64,000 bases of DNA from an uncultured Alphaproteobacteria bacterium (GCA_905479265.1 CAJQLX010000014.1:9082-73081); one strand, 5' to 3'. Positions 1 through 9,782 are shown, numbered from the stretch's first letter. The notes: generated by a model not told the origin, from the sequence alone. Numbers and translations: made by a program.

Positions 1-2
1 CA

Positions 3-395
3 TCAGGATTTGTTCCTCAATCGGGCGCGACCACGCAACAGCACCAAGCCTGTCACAGCCATCCCAAACAGGAAGATGAGAACAGGGCCGAACCAAAGCG
101 CAAAGGTCAGGGGCTTGAGCGGTGGGTTCATCAGGACAGCATCGCCATAGCGCTGGACAAACCAATCACGGATTTCCGCGTCCGACCGATTGTCGTTGAT
201 CAGCAGCACCACCTGCTCCCGCATATCCTGCGCCAATTCGGCGTTGGATTCAGCGATGGATTGCCCCGCGCAGACCACGCAGCGGAGCTCATTAAACAGG
301 GCTTTGGCTCGGACTTCGCCAATGCTTTGCGCGTGCGCCGACACGGTACTGGCGAACAGGAGAGCAAACAGGGAAAGCAAGGTGCGGCGCATCAT
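3..395 (-). CDS. ccmH: cytochrome c-type biogenesis protein CcmH
   Basis: ORF 3..413. Signal peptide, LRCVVCAGQSI (LRCxxC) motif and a C-terminal TM helix. The likely start is the ATGATG at 390-395, abutting the ccmG stop. Confidence 0.85.
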   Translation of the reverse strand: MMRRTLLSLFALLFASTVSAHAQSIGEVRAKALFNELRCVVCAGQSIAESNAELAQDMREQVVLLINDNRSDAEIRDWFVQRYGDAVLMNPPLKPLTFALWFGPVLIFLFGMAVTGLVLLRGRARLRNKS

Positions 396-952
396 TGCGA
401 AGCCGCCTCCCACGCATCAATGAACTGTGTCTTCAAGGCGCCGATCAACGGGCCGGGCGAGCGAAACAGCAAGGTTCCGTCCGCACCAAACACATAGGTT
501 TCCGGCACACCTGTTAGCCCAAAATTCAGTGCGTTCGTGCTGCCGGTGTCTGCGATGACTGCTGCATAAGGGTTGCCGTCGTTGGTCAAATAGGTTGCCG
601 CATCGATGGGGTCGTCGCGATAGGCCAAGCCGATCAGTGCGCCCGGGTTAGCCGCGCTGAATTCGAGCAAATACGGGTGCTCCAACCGGCAAGGCTGGCA
701 CCAACTGGCAAAGAAATTCACCACAAACGGCCCCTCAGCAGCGCGTCGTGCCGCGAGGACGTCAGCCGCGTCTTCATACCCCGGCAACGGCGTCCCTTGT
801 CCAAACGCGCTGAAATCTGGCGCAATGGCGGTGGAGGTGGGGAAGCTGGCGGGGCTTCGTTGGGGGTTCAGGCCGAACCAGAGCAATGACCCAATCAGCA
901 GGATCAGGACGGTTCCCAGAACGATAATCGCCAGTCGCAGTGCAATTCTCAT
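392..952 (-). CDS. ccmG: thiol:disulfide interchange protein CcmG/DsbE
   Basis: N-terminal TM anchor and the thioredoxin motif FFASWCQPC. Lies between ccmF and ccmH. Confidence 0.9.
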   Translation of the reverse strand: MRIALRLAIIVLGTVLILLIGSLLWFGLNPQRSPASFPTSTAIAPDFSAFGQGTPLPGYEDAADVLAARRAAEGPFVVNFFASWCQPCRLEHPYLLEFSAANPGALIGLAYRDDPIDAATYLTNDGNPYAAVIADTGSTNALNFGLTGVPETYVFGADGTLLFRSPGPLIGALKTQFIDAWEAASQ

Positions 953-959
953 GGTGTCG

Positions 960-2927
960 TCATGCTCTCCCTACGCGTCGCCAAGCGGCGATTGAACCCA
1001 GCAGGCCACCCAGCACCATCAGGATACAGCCAAAGTACAACCACGGGATCAGCGGCCGCCAACTGAGCGTCAGGATAAATCCGCCGTCAGGGGCTTGGGT
1101 GTTAAAGGCGAGAAAGATATCGCCCAGCCATGTCACGCGAATGTCAGCCTCGGTCGTGCTGTCTTGGCGCACGGGGTAAAAGCGCCGTTCTGGCGACAAG
1201 ATCGCCTTGGTCGCGCCCTGCCCCGTCAGCAAGGCAACGTCTGCGAATGCGGAGATATAGTTCCGCCCGATGCTTGGGTCCGCCTGTGTTTCCCGAACAC
1301 CGTCGAGGCGAAAGGTCAGATGGCCGACATCCACGCTGTCACCGGGTTTGAGGTTGACGGTCCGCTCTTGGACCATCGCAGAGCCAGCGATCAGGCCAAA
1401 CACGGCAATGCCCAGACCGGCGTGCGCCAGTGACACAGCCCAGCCGCTCAGCGCGACTTTGAACGGGCTTCGCACGGCCCGTGCCCGCTGGACAAACGTC
1501 AGCAGACCGCCACCGAGCAACCAGCCCGCCAAGATCATCGCAAGGCCCACAGTCAGTGACAGGCGTGGCTTTGATTGCCAGAGCAGCATCACAATCACGA
1601 TCGTGGCCAAAGCCATCGCCACCACCAGCAGCGTGATCAGGCCACGGACCCGGTCACCGGTCGAGCCCCGCAGGCGCTGCCACGGGACAAAGGGACCGAT
1701 GGCCATAAGCAACAGCAGCGGCACCATGAACGGCAGGAATGTCGCGTCGAAATAGGGCTTGCCCACCGTCAGCGGCTGGCCAAAGGCTTCGGTGATCAGC
1801 GGGAAGAACGTACCCAGCAGCACCACGCCAGCGCCGGTTGAAAGGAACAGGTTGTTGAGCACCAACGCCCCTTCGCGGCTGACCGGTGCAAAGCCGCTGC
1901 CGGGCTTGAACTGTGGCGCGCGCCACGCGAACAGGCCAAAGGCAACAATGACGCTCAACCCGAGAATCAGCAGAATGAACGCGCCGCGCGCCGGATCGAC
2001 GGCAAAGGCGTGCACCGAGGTCAGCAGGCCCGAGCGCACAACAAACGTGCCCAAGATTGCCAGAACAAAAGTCACAACGCCGAGGAACAGCGTCCAAACC
2101 CGCAAAGCGCCGGATTTCTCAACGACCATCAGCGAGTGGATAAACGCCGTCCCTGTCAGCCACGGCAGAAACGATAGGTTTTCGACCGGATCCCAAGCCC
2201 AGAAGCCACCCCAGCCTAACTCATAGTACGCCCACCAACTGCCCAGCGCGATCCCCGCTGTCAGTGTTGTCCACGCGAGCATGGCCCAAGGCCGCACCAT
2301 GCGCGCCCAGATGTGGTCTGCCTCGCCGCGCAGTAAAGCCGCCACGGTCAGGGCAAAGGTGATGGAGAACCCGACATAGCCGAAATAGAGCAACGGCGGG
2401 TGCAGCGCGAGGCCGATGTCTTGGAGCAAAGGGTTCAGGCCGCGCCCTTCGAGCGGCGCAGGAAGCACACGCTCAAACGGATTGGACGTGAAAAGCGTAA
2501 AGGCGAGAAACGCCAGTGTTATCAGCGCTTGGACCCCCAAAGCACGCACCCGCAGATCCCTTGTTTGCCCCTCCGTGCCCCGCAGCGCCAGCAACCCGCC
2601 AAAGACCGCAAGGATCAACACCCAAAGCAGAATGGACCCTTCGTGGTTCCCCCAAGTGCCCGAGATTTTGTACAGCAGCGGCTTGGCTGTGTGACTGTGC
2701 TCGAACGTGGTTTTTACACTGAAATCACCCGTCACAAAGGCCAGCACCAAGCCCAAAAAGGCCAGCGAAACCAGGGCAGCCGTGATCAGAGACACCGCGC
2801 GGACCACCGATTGCCTAAAGGCGTCAGACCAGCCCATTGGCGCGGCGGGCAGCAGAGCGATAACAGCCTGCATAAAGGCAAGCGGCAAAGCGAATACAAG
2901 GGCAAGATGCGCCCATTCGGACATCAT
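960..2927 (-). CDS. ccmF: cytochrome c heme lyase subunit CcmF
   Basis: 655-aa polytopic membrane protein with the Trp-rich WGGFWAWDPVEN motif. Confidence 0.95.
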   Translation of the reverse strand: MMSEWAHLALVFALPLAFMQAVIALLPAAPMGWSDAFRQSVVRAVSLITAALVSLAFLGLVLAFVTGDFSVKTTFEHSHTAKPLLYKISGTWGNHEGSILLWVLILAVFGGLLALRGTEGQTRDLRVRALGVQALITLAFLAFTLFTSNPFERVLPAPLEGRGLNPLLQDIGLALHPPLLYFGYVGFSITFALTVAALLRGEADHIWARMVRPWAMLAWTTLTAGIALGSWWAYYELGWGGFWAWDPVENLSFLPWLTGTAFIHSLMVVEKSGALRVWTLFLGVVTFVLAILGTFVVRSGLLTSVHAFAVDPARGAFILLILGLSVIVAFGLFAWRAPQFKPGSGFAPVSREGALVLNNLFLSTGAGVVLLGTFFPLITEAFGQPLTVGKPYFDATFLPFMVPLLLLMAIGPFVPWQRLRGSTGDRVRGLITLLVVAMALATIVIVMLLWQSKPRLSLTVGLAMILAGWLLGGGLLTFVQRARAVRSPFKVALSGWAVSLAHAGLGIAVFGLIAGSAMVQERTVNLKPGDSVDVGHLTFRLDGVRETQADPSIGRNYISAFADVALLTGQGATKAILSPERRFYPVRQDSTTEADIRVTWLGDIFLAFNTQAPDGGFILTLSWRPLIPWLYFGCILMVLGGLLGSIAAWRRVGRA

Positions 2928-3367
2928 TGACCGCTGGTGTCCTGCTTCTGCTCGGCATGGTCACGAAGCTCGCGCGGGACATAGGCCTCGTCATGCTTGG
3001 TCAGCAGCGTCTTCGCGGCAAAACCGCCTGAGCCATCGAGAACCCCCGTCGCGATGATCCCCTGACCTTCGCGGAATAAATCCGGCAAAGCGCCTTGATA
3101 ATCGACAACCTGCACGCCGCCGTCTTTGTCGGTGAGCGTAAAGGTGTGGGTGATCCCATCGGCGGTCGTGTAGGAACCGGGCACGATTTGCCCGCCCAAC
3201 CGCAGCGACTTACCGGGCGGAATGTCCATAGCCTGCAGTTGCGTCGGCGTGCGAAAGGCGTTCAGCTGGCCGGGCAAGGCAAAGACGATCAGCAGCACGG
3301 CACCCGCCGCCAACGCTGCGCCCAAACTGACCCAAATCAATCGACTGCGAACCCGCGAACTTTTCAT
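2924..3367 (-). CDS. ccmE: heme chaperone CcmE
   Basis: Internal Met (MKSSRVRSRL...) followed by a TM anchor and the LTKHDEAYVP heme-binding His motif. The ATG at 3365-3367 overlaps the ccmD stop (ATGA). The upstream part of ORF 2924..3493 is non-coding-frame read-through. Confidence 0.9.
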   Translation of the reverse strand: MKSSRVRSRLIWVSLGAALAAGAVLLIVFALPGQLNAFRTPTQLQAMDIPPGKSLRLGGQIVPGSYTTADGITHTFTLTDKDGGVQVVDYQGALPDLFREGQGIIATGVLDGSGGFAAKTLLTKHDEAYVPRELRDHAEQKQDTSGQ

Positions 3368-3507
3368 TGAGCGCTGTCCTGCTTGAGCTGCTCTAACTCT
3401 CGCCGCGCCCGACCGAGCACAAGGCGCGCAACGATCAGGGCGCCAATCATGGCCAGCCCAGCCGCGCCATAGCTTCCCCAGACAGCGATACAACGATCAT
3501 CAAACAT
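3364..3507 (-). CDS. ccmD: heme exporter protein CcmD (47 aa, below the ORF-track cutoff)
   Basis: My translation of the minus strand gives MFDDRCIAVWGSYGAAGLAMIGALIVARLVLGRARRELEQLKQDSAQ*. It has a single TM helix, sits between ccmC and ccmE, and its stop overlaps the ccmE start. Confidence 0.8.
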   Translation of the reverse strand: MFDDRCIAVWGSYGAAGLAMIGALIVARLVLGRARRELEQLKQDSAQ

Positions 3508-3519
3508 CCATTCGCCCCC

Positions 3520-4344
3520 CTATGTTCCGGTTGCTTCAGCAAGAAAAGCATGTGCCGCGCTTTGCTTGCGGCGTAAGGAGCGCAAGCGCATGCGGATCAG
3601 CTCGTAGCGCATCAGCCAAATGCCGATCGCCATGTAGAATAAATAGGTGCCCAGCATGGTGATCAGCAACGGCGGCACATAGACGCTGGCAATGCCGTCT
3701 TCTTCGACCGGCTCAGCAGCAATATCTTCCCCCCGCCCAAGCAGGTTCATCATCACGCGTCCGGTTAGCTCGACCACGTTCGCGCCGCTTGAGCCCTGAT
3801 GCAGGACCAAGAACCATTCGGTGACGAACTTGGAAAGCAGAACGGTAACCACACTGGCGACCAGAAAGATCGACCCAACCCGGCGACCCAGCGCGGGGTC
3901 GCGCTGTGACAAAACACGGACGAGGACGATGTAGATCAAGTATTGGAACAGCAGCAACAGCTCCAGAACCATGCGCGGATCGCGCCAGTCCCAATAGGTG
4001 TTCAGCGTTGGCTTGCCCCACAGCGCGCCCGTAACCAAGGCAACAATCGTAACAACAGCACCAACCGGCGCAGCGGCAAGACAGAAAATCTCAGGCAGGG
4101 GGTGACGCCAGACCAGCGCCACAAACGCGGCAATGGACATGCTGCCGTAGACAATCAGCGACAGCCCCGCCGACGGAACGTGAACGAACAAGGGCTTGAT
4201 CAGCTCCTGCATCTCTTCATCCGGCGGCACGGACAGCCCCCAAATCATCCCCCCGAACCCCAGAAGGATCCCGAGCGCAAGCAGGTAAGGCTGACAGGCT
4301 TCGGCCCAGCGCATGAAACGTGTTGGATTAGCGTACTTGTGCAT
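3520..4344 (-). CDS. ccmC: heme exporter protein CcmC
   Basis: Start at the internal Met MHKYANPTRF (ATG 4342-4344). WGKPTLNTYWDWRDPR tryptophan-rich motif and multiple TM helices. Confidence 0.9.
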   Translation of the reverse strand: MHKYANPTRFMRWAEACQPYLLALGILLGFGGMIWGLSVPPDEEMQELIKPLFVHVPSAGLSLIVYGSMSIAAFVALVWRHPLPEIFCLAAAPVGAVVTIVALVTGALWGKPTLNTYWDWRDPRMVLELLLLFQYLIYIVLVRVLSQRDPALGRRVGSIFLVASVVTVLLSKFVTEWFLVLHQGSSGANVVELTGRVMMNLLGRGEDIAAEPVEEDGIASVYVPPLLITMLGTYLFYMAIGIWLMRYELIRMRLRSLRRKQSAAHAFLAEATGT

Positions 4345-4503
4345 AAACACCGATATGACCGTTTTTTGCCGTGACTTCAAATCGAAGGATGCCGCATCTG
4401 GTGCGGTGGTCCTCTGCGTTTGGGGAAACCCAAGGCAATAATGCGCATGCTGCCGCGACTTGGAACGGTTGTAGAAGCCTTCCGTGTCAGGCAAAAGGCA
4501 AGC

Positions 4504-5103
4504 ATGACCCACGCATCTTCACCATTGTTACACGCTGACCGCTTGAGCGTTGCGCGGGGCGATGCTCTTTTGATCGAAGAACTGAGCTTTGCTTTGCAGC
4601 CCGGTGAGGCGTTGCATGTGTTGGGTGAGAACGGCGCGGGTAAATCGACACTGCTGCTTGCGCTCGCAGGGCTGATCCCGCTGGCATCAGGAACGGTTGC
4701 GGTGGACCGGGACGCCCTCGCCTTTCTCGGCCACGATAATGGTCTACTGCCGGATTTGAGCGTGGCGGAAAACATGGCGCTTTACGCCGGAAGCGGTGTT
4801 GTTGCTGATCCCCAGACCTGTGAGGCCTTGGGGATCTCCAAACTCAGCGCCAAGCCCGCCCGCACCCTGAGTTTTGGCCAAGCGCGCCGCGTCGCGCTGG
4901 CGCTGACGTGCTTGCCAGAAAAAGCGCTGTGGTTGCTGGACGAGCCTTTTGCGGGCTTGGACACGCAGACCGCCCAGACGCTGGAACGCGTGCTGGCACA
5001 GCACACCGCGCGCAGAGGCGCCGTGGTTTACACGTCCCACGAACGCGGCCTTGCCCAAGCGCGAAATCTGACGCTGGCCCCTCGGGGAGATGAGGATGTT
5101 TAG
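4504..5103 (+). CDS. ccmA: heme exporter ATP-binding protein CcmA
   Basis: Walker A GENGAGKST, LSFGQARR signature and Walker B LWLLDEP. Start at MTHASS (ATG 4504). Divergent from ccmC. Confidence 0.9.
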   Translation: MTHASSPLLHADRLSVARGDALLIEELSFALQPGEALHVLGENGAGKSTLLLALAGLIPLASGTVAVDRDALAFLGHDNGLLPDLSVAENMALYAGSGVVADPQTCEALGISKLSAKPARTLSFGQARRVALALTCLPEKALWLLDEPFAGLDTQTAQTLERVLAQHTARRGAVVYTSHERGLAQARNLTLAPRGDEDV

Positions 5104-5734
5104 CGCTGGATTACGGCTGGAACTGCGGTTGCGGTTGCGCGGGGGGCTAACGGCCCTTGGTGCGCTGGGGTTTCTGGCTGTGGCGCTGACCGCCGTTGGA
5201 TTGACGCTGGGACAGTTTCCCGAGCGCCTGCGCCCGGCTGGTCCTGCAATCGGCTGGGCTATGATTGTGCTGGCATTCGTCTACGCCAATGCCGATTGGT
5301 GGTTGGATCAGATTCAATCCGGCCTCAACCAGCGCTTCCGCGTAATGGCGGCTGACGCCGCTGGGTTTGTCTATGGACGGGCCGTCGGGGGCTGGTTGGC
5401 TTCCCTGCCGTGGTTTTTGATCGCGGCCTGGCTAGTGACACTATTTTACTCGCAACCCACCAGCGCCTTTAGCGCGCTTGCCGCTGGCTTGCTGATCAGC
5501 GCCAGCGCCCTGACCGCGCTGTCCGCCTTTGTTTCCGCGCTCCGCACGCTGCTTGGCAATGTTGGCGTCTTCCTTGGCGCGATGGCCCTGCCCTTTGCCC
5601 TGCCGTTGGTGGTTTTGGGCGTGGGTTTGGTGGATAGTTTTACGCTCGCCTCTTGCGCCTTTATGCTCGGCGTCTCACTTCTTCAAACACTGGTGTTTAT
5701 TGTCGCAACCCGTTGGGTGCTGTCTCTGGTTTAA
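5096..5734 (+). CDS. ccmB: heme exporter permease CcmB
   Basis: Polytopic membrane ORF overlapping the ccmA stop. GGGGAGA Shine-Dalgarno (SD) sequence ahead of ATG 5096; ATG 5090 is an alternative start. Confidence 0.85.
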   Translation: MFSAGLRLELRLRLRGGLTALGALGFLAVALTAVGLTLGQFPERLRPAGPAIGWAMIVLAFVYANADWWLDQIQSGLNQRFRVMAADAAGFVYGRAVGGWLASLPWFLIAAWLVTLFYSQPTSAFSALAAGLLISASALTALSAFVSALRTLLGNVGVFLGAMALPFALPLVVLGVGLVDSFTLASCAFMLGVSLLQTLVFIVATRWVLSLV

Positions 5735-5745
5735 GGAAACTGCTC

Positions 5746-6324
5746 TTGTCCACTCTCGCTTTTCTGCAAACGCGCCGCTCTGTTAAAGCCGCTGATATGC
5801 CCACGGGCCGCCCCGAAGCGGGAGAGCTGCGGGAGATTATCGCGGCAGGTCTTCGCGTGCCTGATCATGGCAAGATCGCGCCTTGGCAGATCGTTATCTT
5901 CGAAGGCGACAGCCGCCGCGCCTTTGGTGAGCAAGTCATCCGACCCGCCTTTGCCAAGAACCAGCGCCCCGATGCGCCGGAAAGCACCCTGGATCTCGAA
6001 GCCGCACGGTTCGAGCGCGCTGGCGTTGTGCTCGCCGTGCTTTCAACACCGACAATCCCGCACAAAATCCCCGCTTGGGAACAGCATTTGTCGGCGGGAG
6101 CGGTCTGTCAAAACATCATGGTTGCTGCACAGTCCGAGGGCTACGCGACGCAGTGGCTGACCGAGTGGACCGCCTTTGATCCTGATGTCAAAGCCGCCTT
6201 GGGCTGTAAGACAGAGCACGATCAAGTCGCGGGCTTAATTTATATCGGAGGCAAACTGACCAACACCGACGACCGCCCGCGTCCCAACTTCGATGCGGTC
6301 GTTTCTCACTGGTCAGCGGGCTAA
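5746..6324 (+). CDS. nitroreductase family protein
   Basis: Nitroreductase-like sequence (FLQTRRSVKA..., HGKIAPW, QNIMVAAQSEGYATQW). The likely start is TTG 5746 after AAGGAA; the exact start is uncertain. Confidence 0.7.
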   Translation: MSTLAFLQTRRSVKAADMPTGRPEAGELREIIAAGLRVPDHGKIAPWQIVIFEGDSRRAFGEQVIRPAFAKNQRPDAPESTLDLEAARFERAGVVLAVLSTPTIPHKIPAWEQHLSAGAVCQNIMVAAQSEGYATQWLTEWTAFDPDVKAALGCKTEHDQVAGLIYIGGKLTNTDDRPRPNFDAVVSHWSAG

Positions 6325-6368
6325 GCTGCTCCTAGTTTGAGCGGCGCAAGAACTGGAGAGCCGAACCC

Positions 6369-7229
6369 ATGACGCTGGAATTCCCCGCTTACGACACCAT
6401 CGCGGTCGAAATCGCCGACCACGTGGCGCACGTCATCCTCAACCGCCCCGAAAAGCGCAACGCGATGAGCAAGGCGTTCTGGGTTGAGTTTCCCGATGCC
6501 ATCAACCGCATCTCGAACAACGCCGCCGCGCGGGTAATCGTTGTTTCCAGCACGGGAAAGCACTTCACAGCAGGCATGGACTTGGCCGTCTTTGCCGAAG
6601 GCGCGAATTCGATCATGGGCGGCGAAACCGACCCCCATATCCACGCGGACGCTTTTCGCACCCACTTGCACCACCTGCAAGAAACCTTCTCCAGCCTCTA
6701 TAACGCGCGCCAGCCCGTTCTGGCCGCGATCCAAGGCGGGGCTTTGGGGGCTGGTGTGGATTTGAGCAGCGCTTGCGACATGCGCTACTGCACCGCGGAC
6801 GCGTACTTTACGATTCAAGAAATCAACATCGGCATGGTCGCGGACGTTGGCACATTCCCGCGCGTCATGCGTCAACTGCCTGACGGTTTGGTTCGCGAGT
6901 TGGCCTACACGGGCCGCAAGCTCGAAGCCGCAGAGGCGCTTGAACGCGGCTTTGTTAATCAGGTGTATGATAGCCAAGAAGACATGCTGACCGCCGTCAT
7001 GGCACTGGCACAGCAGATTGCCCGAAACTCGCCTTTGGCCGTGACCAGCTCCAAGCATGTCATGAACTACGCCGCCGACCACACGACCGAAGACACGCTG
7101 CGCTATCTGCAGGCATTGAACGGCGGCATTCTGGCGCATTCGCACATGATGGAAAGCGCGGCCGCAAAGATGCAAAAGCGGGAGCCGGTGTATCCGGACC
7201 TCAAAGCCGTCAATGGACCTTGGGATTAA
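6369..7229 (+). CDS. enoyl-CoA hydratase/isomerase (crotonase) family protein, dienoyl-CoA isomerase-like
   Basis: VILNRPEKRNAM and FTAGMDL crotonase motifs over full length. Confidence 0.85.
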   Translation: MTLEFPAYDTIAVEIADHVAHVILNRPEKRNAMSKAFWVEFPDAINRISNNAAARVIVVSSTGKHFTAGMDLAVFAEGANSIMGGETDPHIHADAFRTHLHHLQETFSSLYNARQPVLAAIQGGALGAGVDLSSACDMRYCTADAYFTIQEINIGMVADVGTFPRVMRQLPDGLVRELAYTGRKLEAAEALERGFVNQVYDSQEDMLTAVMALAQQIARNSPLAVTSSKHVMNYAADHTTEDTLRYLQALNGGILAHSHMMESAAAKMQKREPVYPDLKAVNGPWD

Positions 7230-7999
7230 ACCCCAAGGTCAAACACGGCGTAGGGCGCTTCCCCCAAGTCCACCGCACCACGGAATGCGAATGCGGCGGA
7301 AATCTCAGCCGGTAACTGCGAAAGCCCGATCAGGACACTCCGCCGTAAAGCGCTGATTGTTTCGTCATCAAAGCTGGCTGACGTGATCAGCACGGGCGCT
7401 GGACGGGGCGCGGTTTGGGCGATGACGCGAACGCCTGCTGTCAGCGTAGGAATAAACCTTTCGGCGAGCAAAAAGCTGAACGCATCAATGGCGGCGAAGT
7501 CGGCGCGACCGTCGGCGACGGCTTCAATCGAAAACCGATGCCCGCCGCTTTCCACCCCACGGTTGAGAGAGGGCTCAATATCCAGCAACGGACGCAGGCA
7601 ATGCACGCCCGATTGCGAGTCTGGATCATTGAAAGCAAAGGTCGCCTGCTCCAGCCCGTCGAGGGCGTGCAAGGGCGAATCGTTCGCCACGATGATCTTA
7701 CTATAATAGTGACCGTGGAGGTTGTCCGTCAGATCAAAGTTTGACGTTGCCAGATAGCGGGCGTGATGCCGATGGCTGCGATACCAGGGCGACCCGCACA
7801 GTTGGCTAAACACCACGCCATCGTTCATCCACGCCGACACGCGCTGTGGGCGATGATCCAAACCAACCGGCAGGTCCAGCCCTTCGTCCCGTGCCGCCCG
7901 CCGAATGCAGTCCCACGCTGCGTCCGTCAGGTGATGCAGCTCTGGCCAATCATAGAGCGGCATCATGGCGAGGCCGTTGATCGTCTTGAGTTGAGTCAT
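7226..7999 (-). CDS. PhnD/SsuA-like substrate-binding-fold protein with no obvious signal peptide
   Basis: 257-aa ORF with coding-like composition and weak resemblance to periplasmic-binding-fold proteins. The family call is tentative. Confidence 0.45.
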   Translation of the reverse strand: MTQLKTINGLAMMPLYDWPELHHLTDAAWDCIRRAARDEGLDLPVGLDHRPQRVSAWMNDGVVFSQLCGSPWYRSHRHHARYLATSNFDLTDNLHGHYYSKIIVANDSPLHALDGLEQATFAFNDPDSQSGVHCLRPLLDIEPSLNRGVESGGHRFSIEAVADGRADFAAIDAFSFLLAERFIPTLTAGVRVIAQTAPRPAPVLITSASFDDETISALRRSVLIGLSQLPAEISAAFAFRGAVDLGEAPYAVFDLGV

Positions 8000-8136
8000 G
8001 CGCCATCAATCTATGGCCCTGCCCGCGTCGTCAAGTTCGGCGATTGTATGGCAGAACCGACCCGTGGAGGTCGCTCTCAGTCGAACAGCCGGCACGCGAA
8101 GACGTATCTATGGGGGAAAGTCATCAACCGAGCTAA

Positions 8137-9291
8137 ATGCCCATGTCGTACCTTGAAAAAGTGCAGCAATCTGTCGAAACCGCGCGCGGCTTGCCCAACG
8201 CATTCTATACAGATTCAACAGTTTATGCCGAGGAAACCAAGCGGTTGCTTCACGGGCAATGGGCGGGCGTCGCGTTCGAAGGTGACGTGCCTGAAATCGG
8301 GGATGTCTACCCCGTTGATTTGGCCGGCGTGCCCCTGGTCGTTGTTCGCGACCGTGAAAACCAAGTGCGCGTCTATGAAAATGTCTGCCGCCACCGGGGA
8401 ATGATCCTTGTCAGCGAGCCGGGGAAAGCCAAGCAAGGCATGCGCTGTCCTTATCACAGTTGGACCTACGACCTCAGTGGCCGCTTGGTGGCAACACCAC
8501 TGGTTGGCGGTCCCGACGCCAACCATCACCCCTGCATCGACAAGCCCGAACTGGGATTGCTGGAGGTGCCGACACACGTTTATCTCGGCGTGGTTTATGT
8601 CAACATCAGCCGCGATGCTGGCCCCTTTGTCGAACTGCATTCGAAATTGCTGGACCGCTGGTCTGAATTCCAACAGCCGCTGTTCTTCGATCGTGACGTT
8701 TCTCAATTCACCTTGGATGTTGCCTGTAACTGGAAACTGGCTGTCGAGAACTACTGCGAAGCCTACCACTTGCCGTGGATCCATCCGGACCTGAACAGCT
8801 ACTCGCGGATCGAGGATCACTACAACATCGTTGAAAGCGACGCCTACTCTGGCCAGGGCACAACGGTGTTCAATCCCTCGCGGACCGAAGACGGTCGCTT
8901 GTTCGATACGTTTTCGGACCTGAGCGAGAATTGGTGGAACGGCCAGGCTGAGTATATCGTTCTCTATCCCAACGTTTTGGCGGGCGTGCACCGCGACCAC
9001 GTCTTTGCGATGCTGCTGCTACCACAAAGCGTAAGCCACACGCACGAGCGGGTTGGGATTTTCTACGCATCCGAAGAATCGATGAGCGACAGCTTCGCCG
9101 ACCTGCGACACGTCAATGCCAAGCAATGGCGCACCGTATTTGATGAAGACATCTCCGTTGTCGAAGGAATGCAGCGCGGTCGCAGCGCGCCCCACTTCGA
9201 CGGTGGCCGGTTCTCACCCGCCATGGATACGGCAACACATTGCTTTCACGCGTGGGTGGCGAAAGCCATGAGCGAGCCGTCCTCATCCTGA
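8137..9291 (+). CDS. Rieske [2Fe-2S] aromatic-ring-hydroxylating oxygenase alpha subunit
   Basis: Rieske motif CRHRG...CPYHSWTY and mononuclear-iron motif EAYHLPWIH. Confidence 0.85.
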   Translation: MPMSYLEKVQQSVETARGLPNAFYTDSTVYAEETKRLLHGQWAGVAFEGDVPEIGDVYPVDLAGVPLVVVRDRENQVRVYENVCRHRGMILVSEPGKAKQGMRCPYHSWTYDLSGRLVATPLVGGPDANHHPCIDKPELGLLEVPTHVYLGVVYVNISRDAGPFVELHSKLLDRWSEFQQPLFFDRDVSQFTLDVACNWKLAVENYCEAYHLPWIHPDLNSYSRIEDHYNIVESDAYSGQGTTVFNPSRTEDGRLFDTFSDLSENWWNGQAEYIVLYPNVLAGVHRDHVFAMLLLPQSVSHTHERVGIFYASEESMSDSFADLRHVNAKQWRTVFDEDISVVEGMQRGRSAPHFDGGRFSPAMDTATHCFHAWVAKAMSEPSSS

Positions 9292-9782
9292 GAAAACGCG
9301 TCAGATTGATAGAGTTTTTTATTAATTTTCTTATAATGTAATTTAATTATCGTTATGCGCCCGTTTTGGCACCGGACAACGCCGGTAAATCAAGGCCATA
9401 AAGCATCGCAGAGTGTTAGCTGAGGCGCATAATATTGTTACGTTTTTTAATTATCGTATTTTAACCAATATTATCAGTGGCTTCGGATAGAATCGATTTG
9501 AAGCAACTATATCGCTAAAACGCGACACATTAACGATTAATGGTTCAGTGTTCTGCTACCTTAAGAAGTTTGCCTGTTGCAAAGTCGTCACTGCAACGCC
9601 TGAGATTTGCAGGGTGAAACGACTTTAAATCATTTTGAGAAGTTCTTTTTCAGATTGATATCGGTATTGCTATGTCCGTGACGCACCGGGGCCGCCCAAC
9701 GCAAAACTGCTTTCAAGCGGCGCCGAGTGTCCGAAAACCGAAAAAAGCAACTAACTCGTCAAAATGACGAAGGAGACTCTTT
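9292..9782 (+). promoter_or_regulatory. ~490-bp AT-rich leader/promoter region upstream of the Gly/Ser/Asn-rich secreted protein gene
   Basis: Visibly AT-rich with long A/T runs, unlike the flanking coding DNA. TATAAT at 9332-9337. 12-mer TTTAATTATCGT at 9342-9353 and 9446-9457. 11-mer TCAGATTGATA at 9301-9311 and 9650-9660. Strong AAGGAGA SD just before ATG 9783. Confidence 0.6.

Noticed and set aside
6321-7175. Long antisense ORFs opposite well-supported genes. Examples are 6321-7175, 8215-9000, 24988-25692, 31376-32149, 32198-33094, 34338-35528, 46108-47406, 48867-50018, 51697-52419 and 60068-60757.
   Set aside because: They are typical shadow ORFs of GC-rich DNA. Their translations are Arg/Ala/Gly/His-rich with no recognisable motifs, and each lies fully inside a gene with strong family signatures on the other strand.
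9301-9660. The 11-bp direct repeat TCAGATTGATA flanking ~340 bp of AT-rich DNA, considered as a target-site duplication of a MITE-like insertion.
   Set aside because: There are no terminal inverted repeats inside the direct repeats and no transposase. It is kept only as a possible regulatory repeat.
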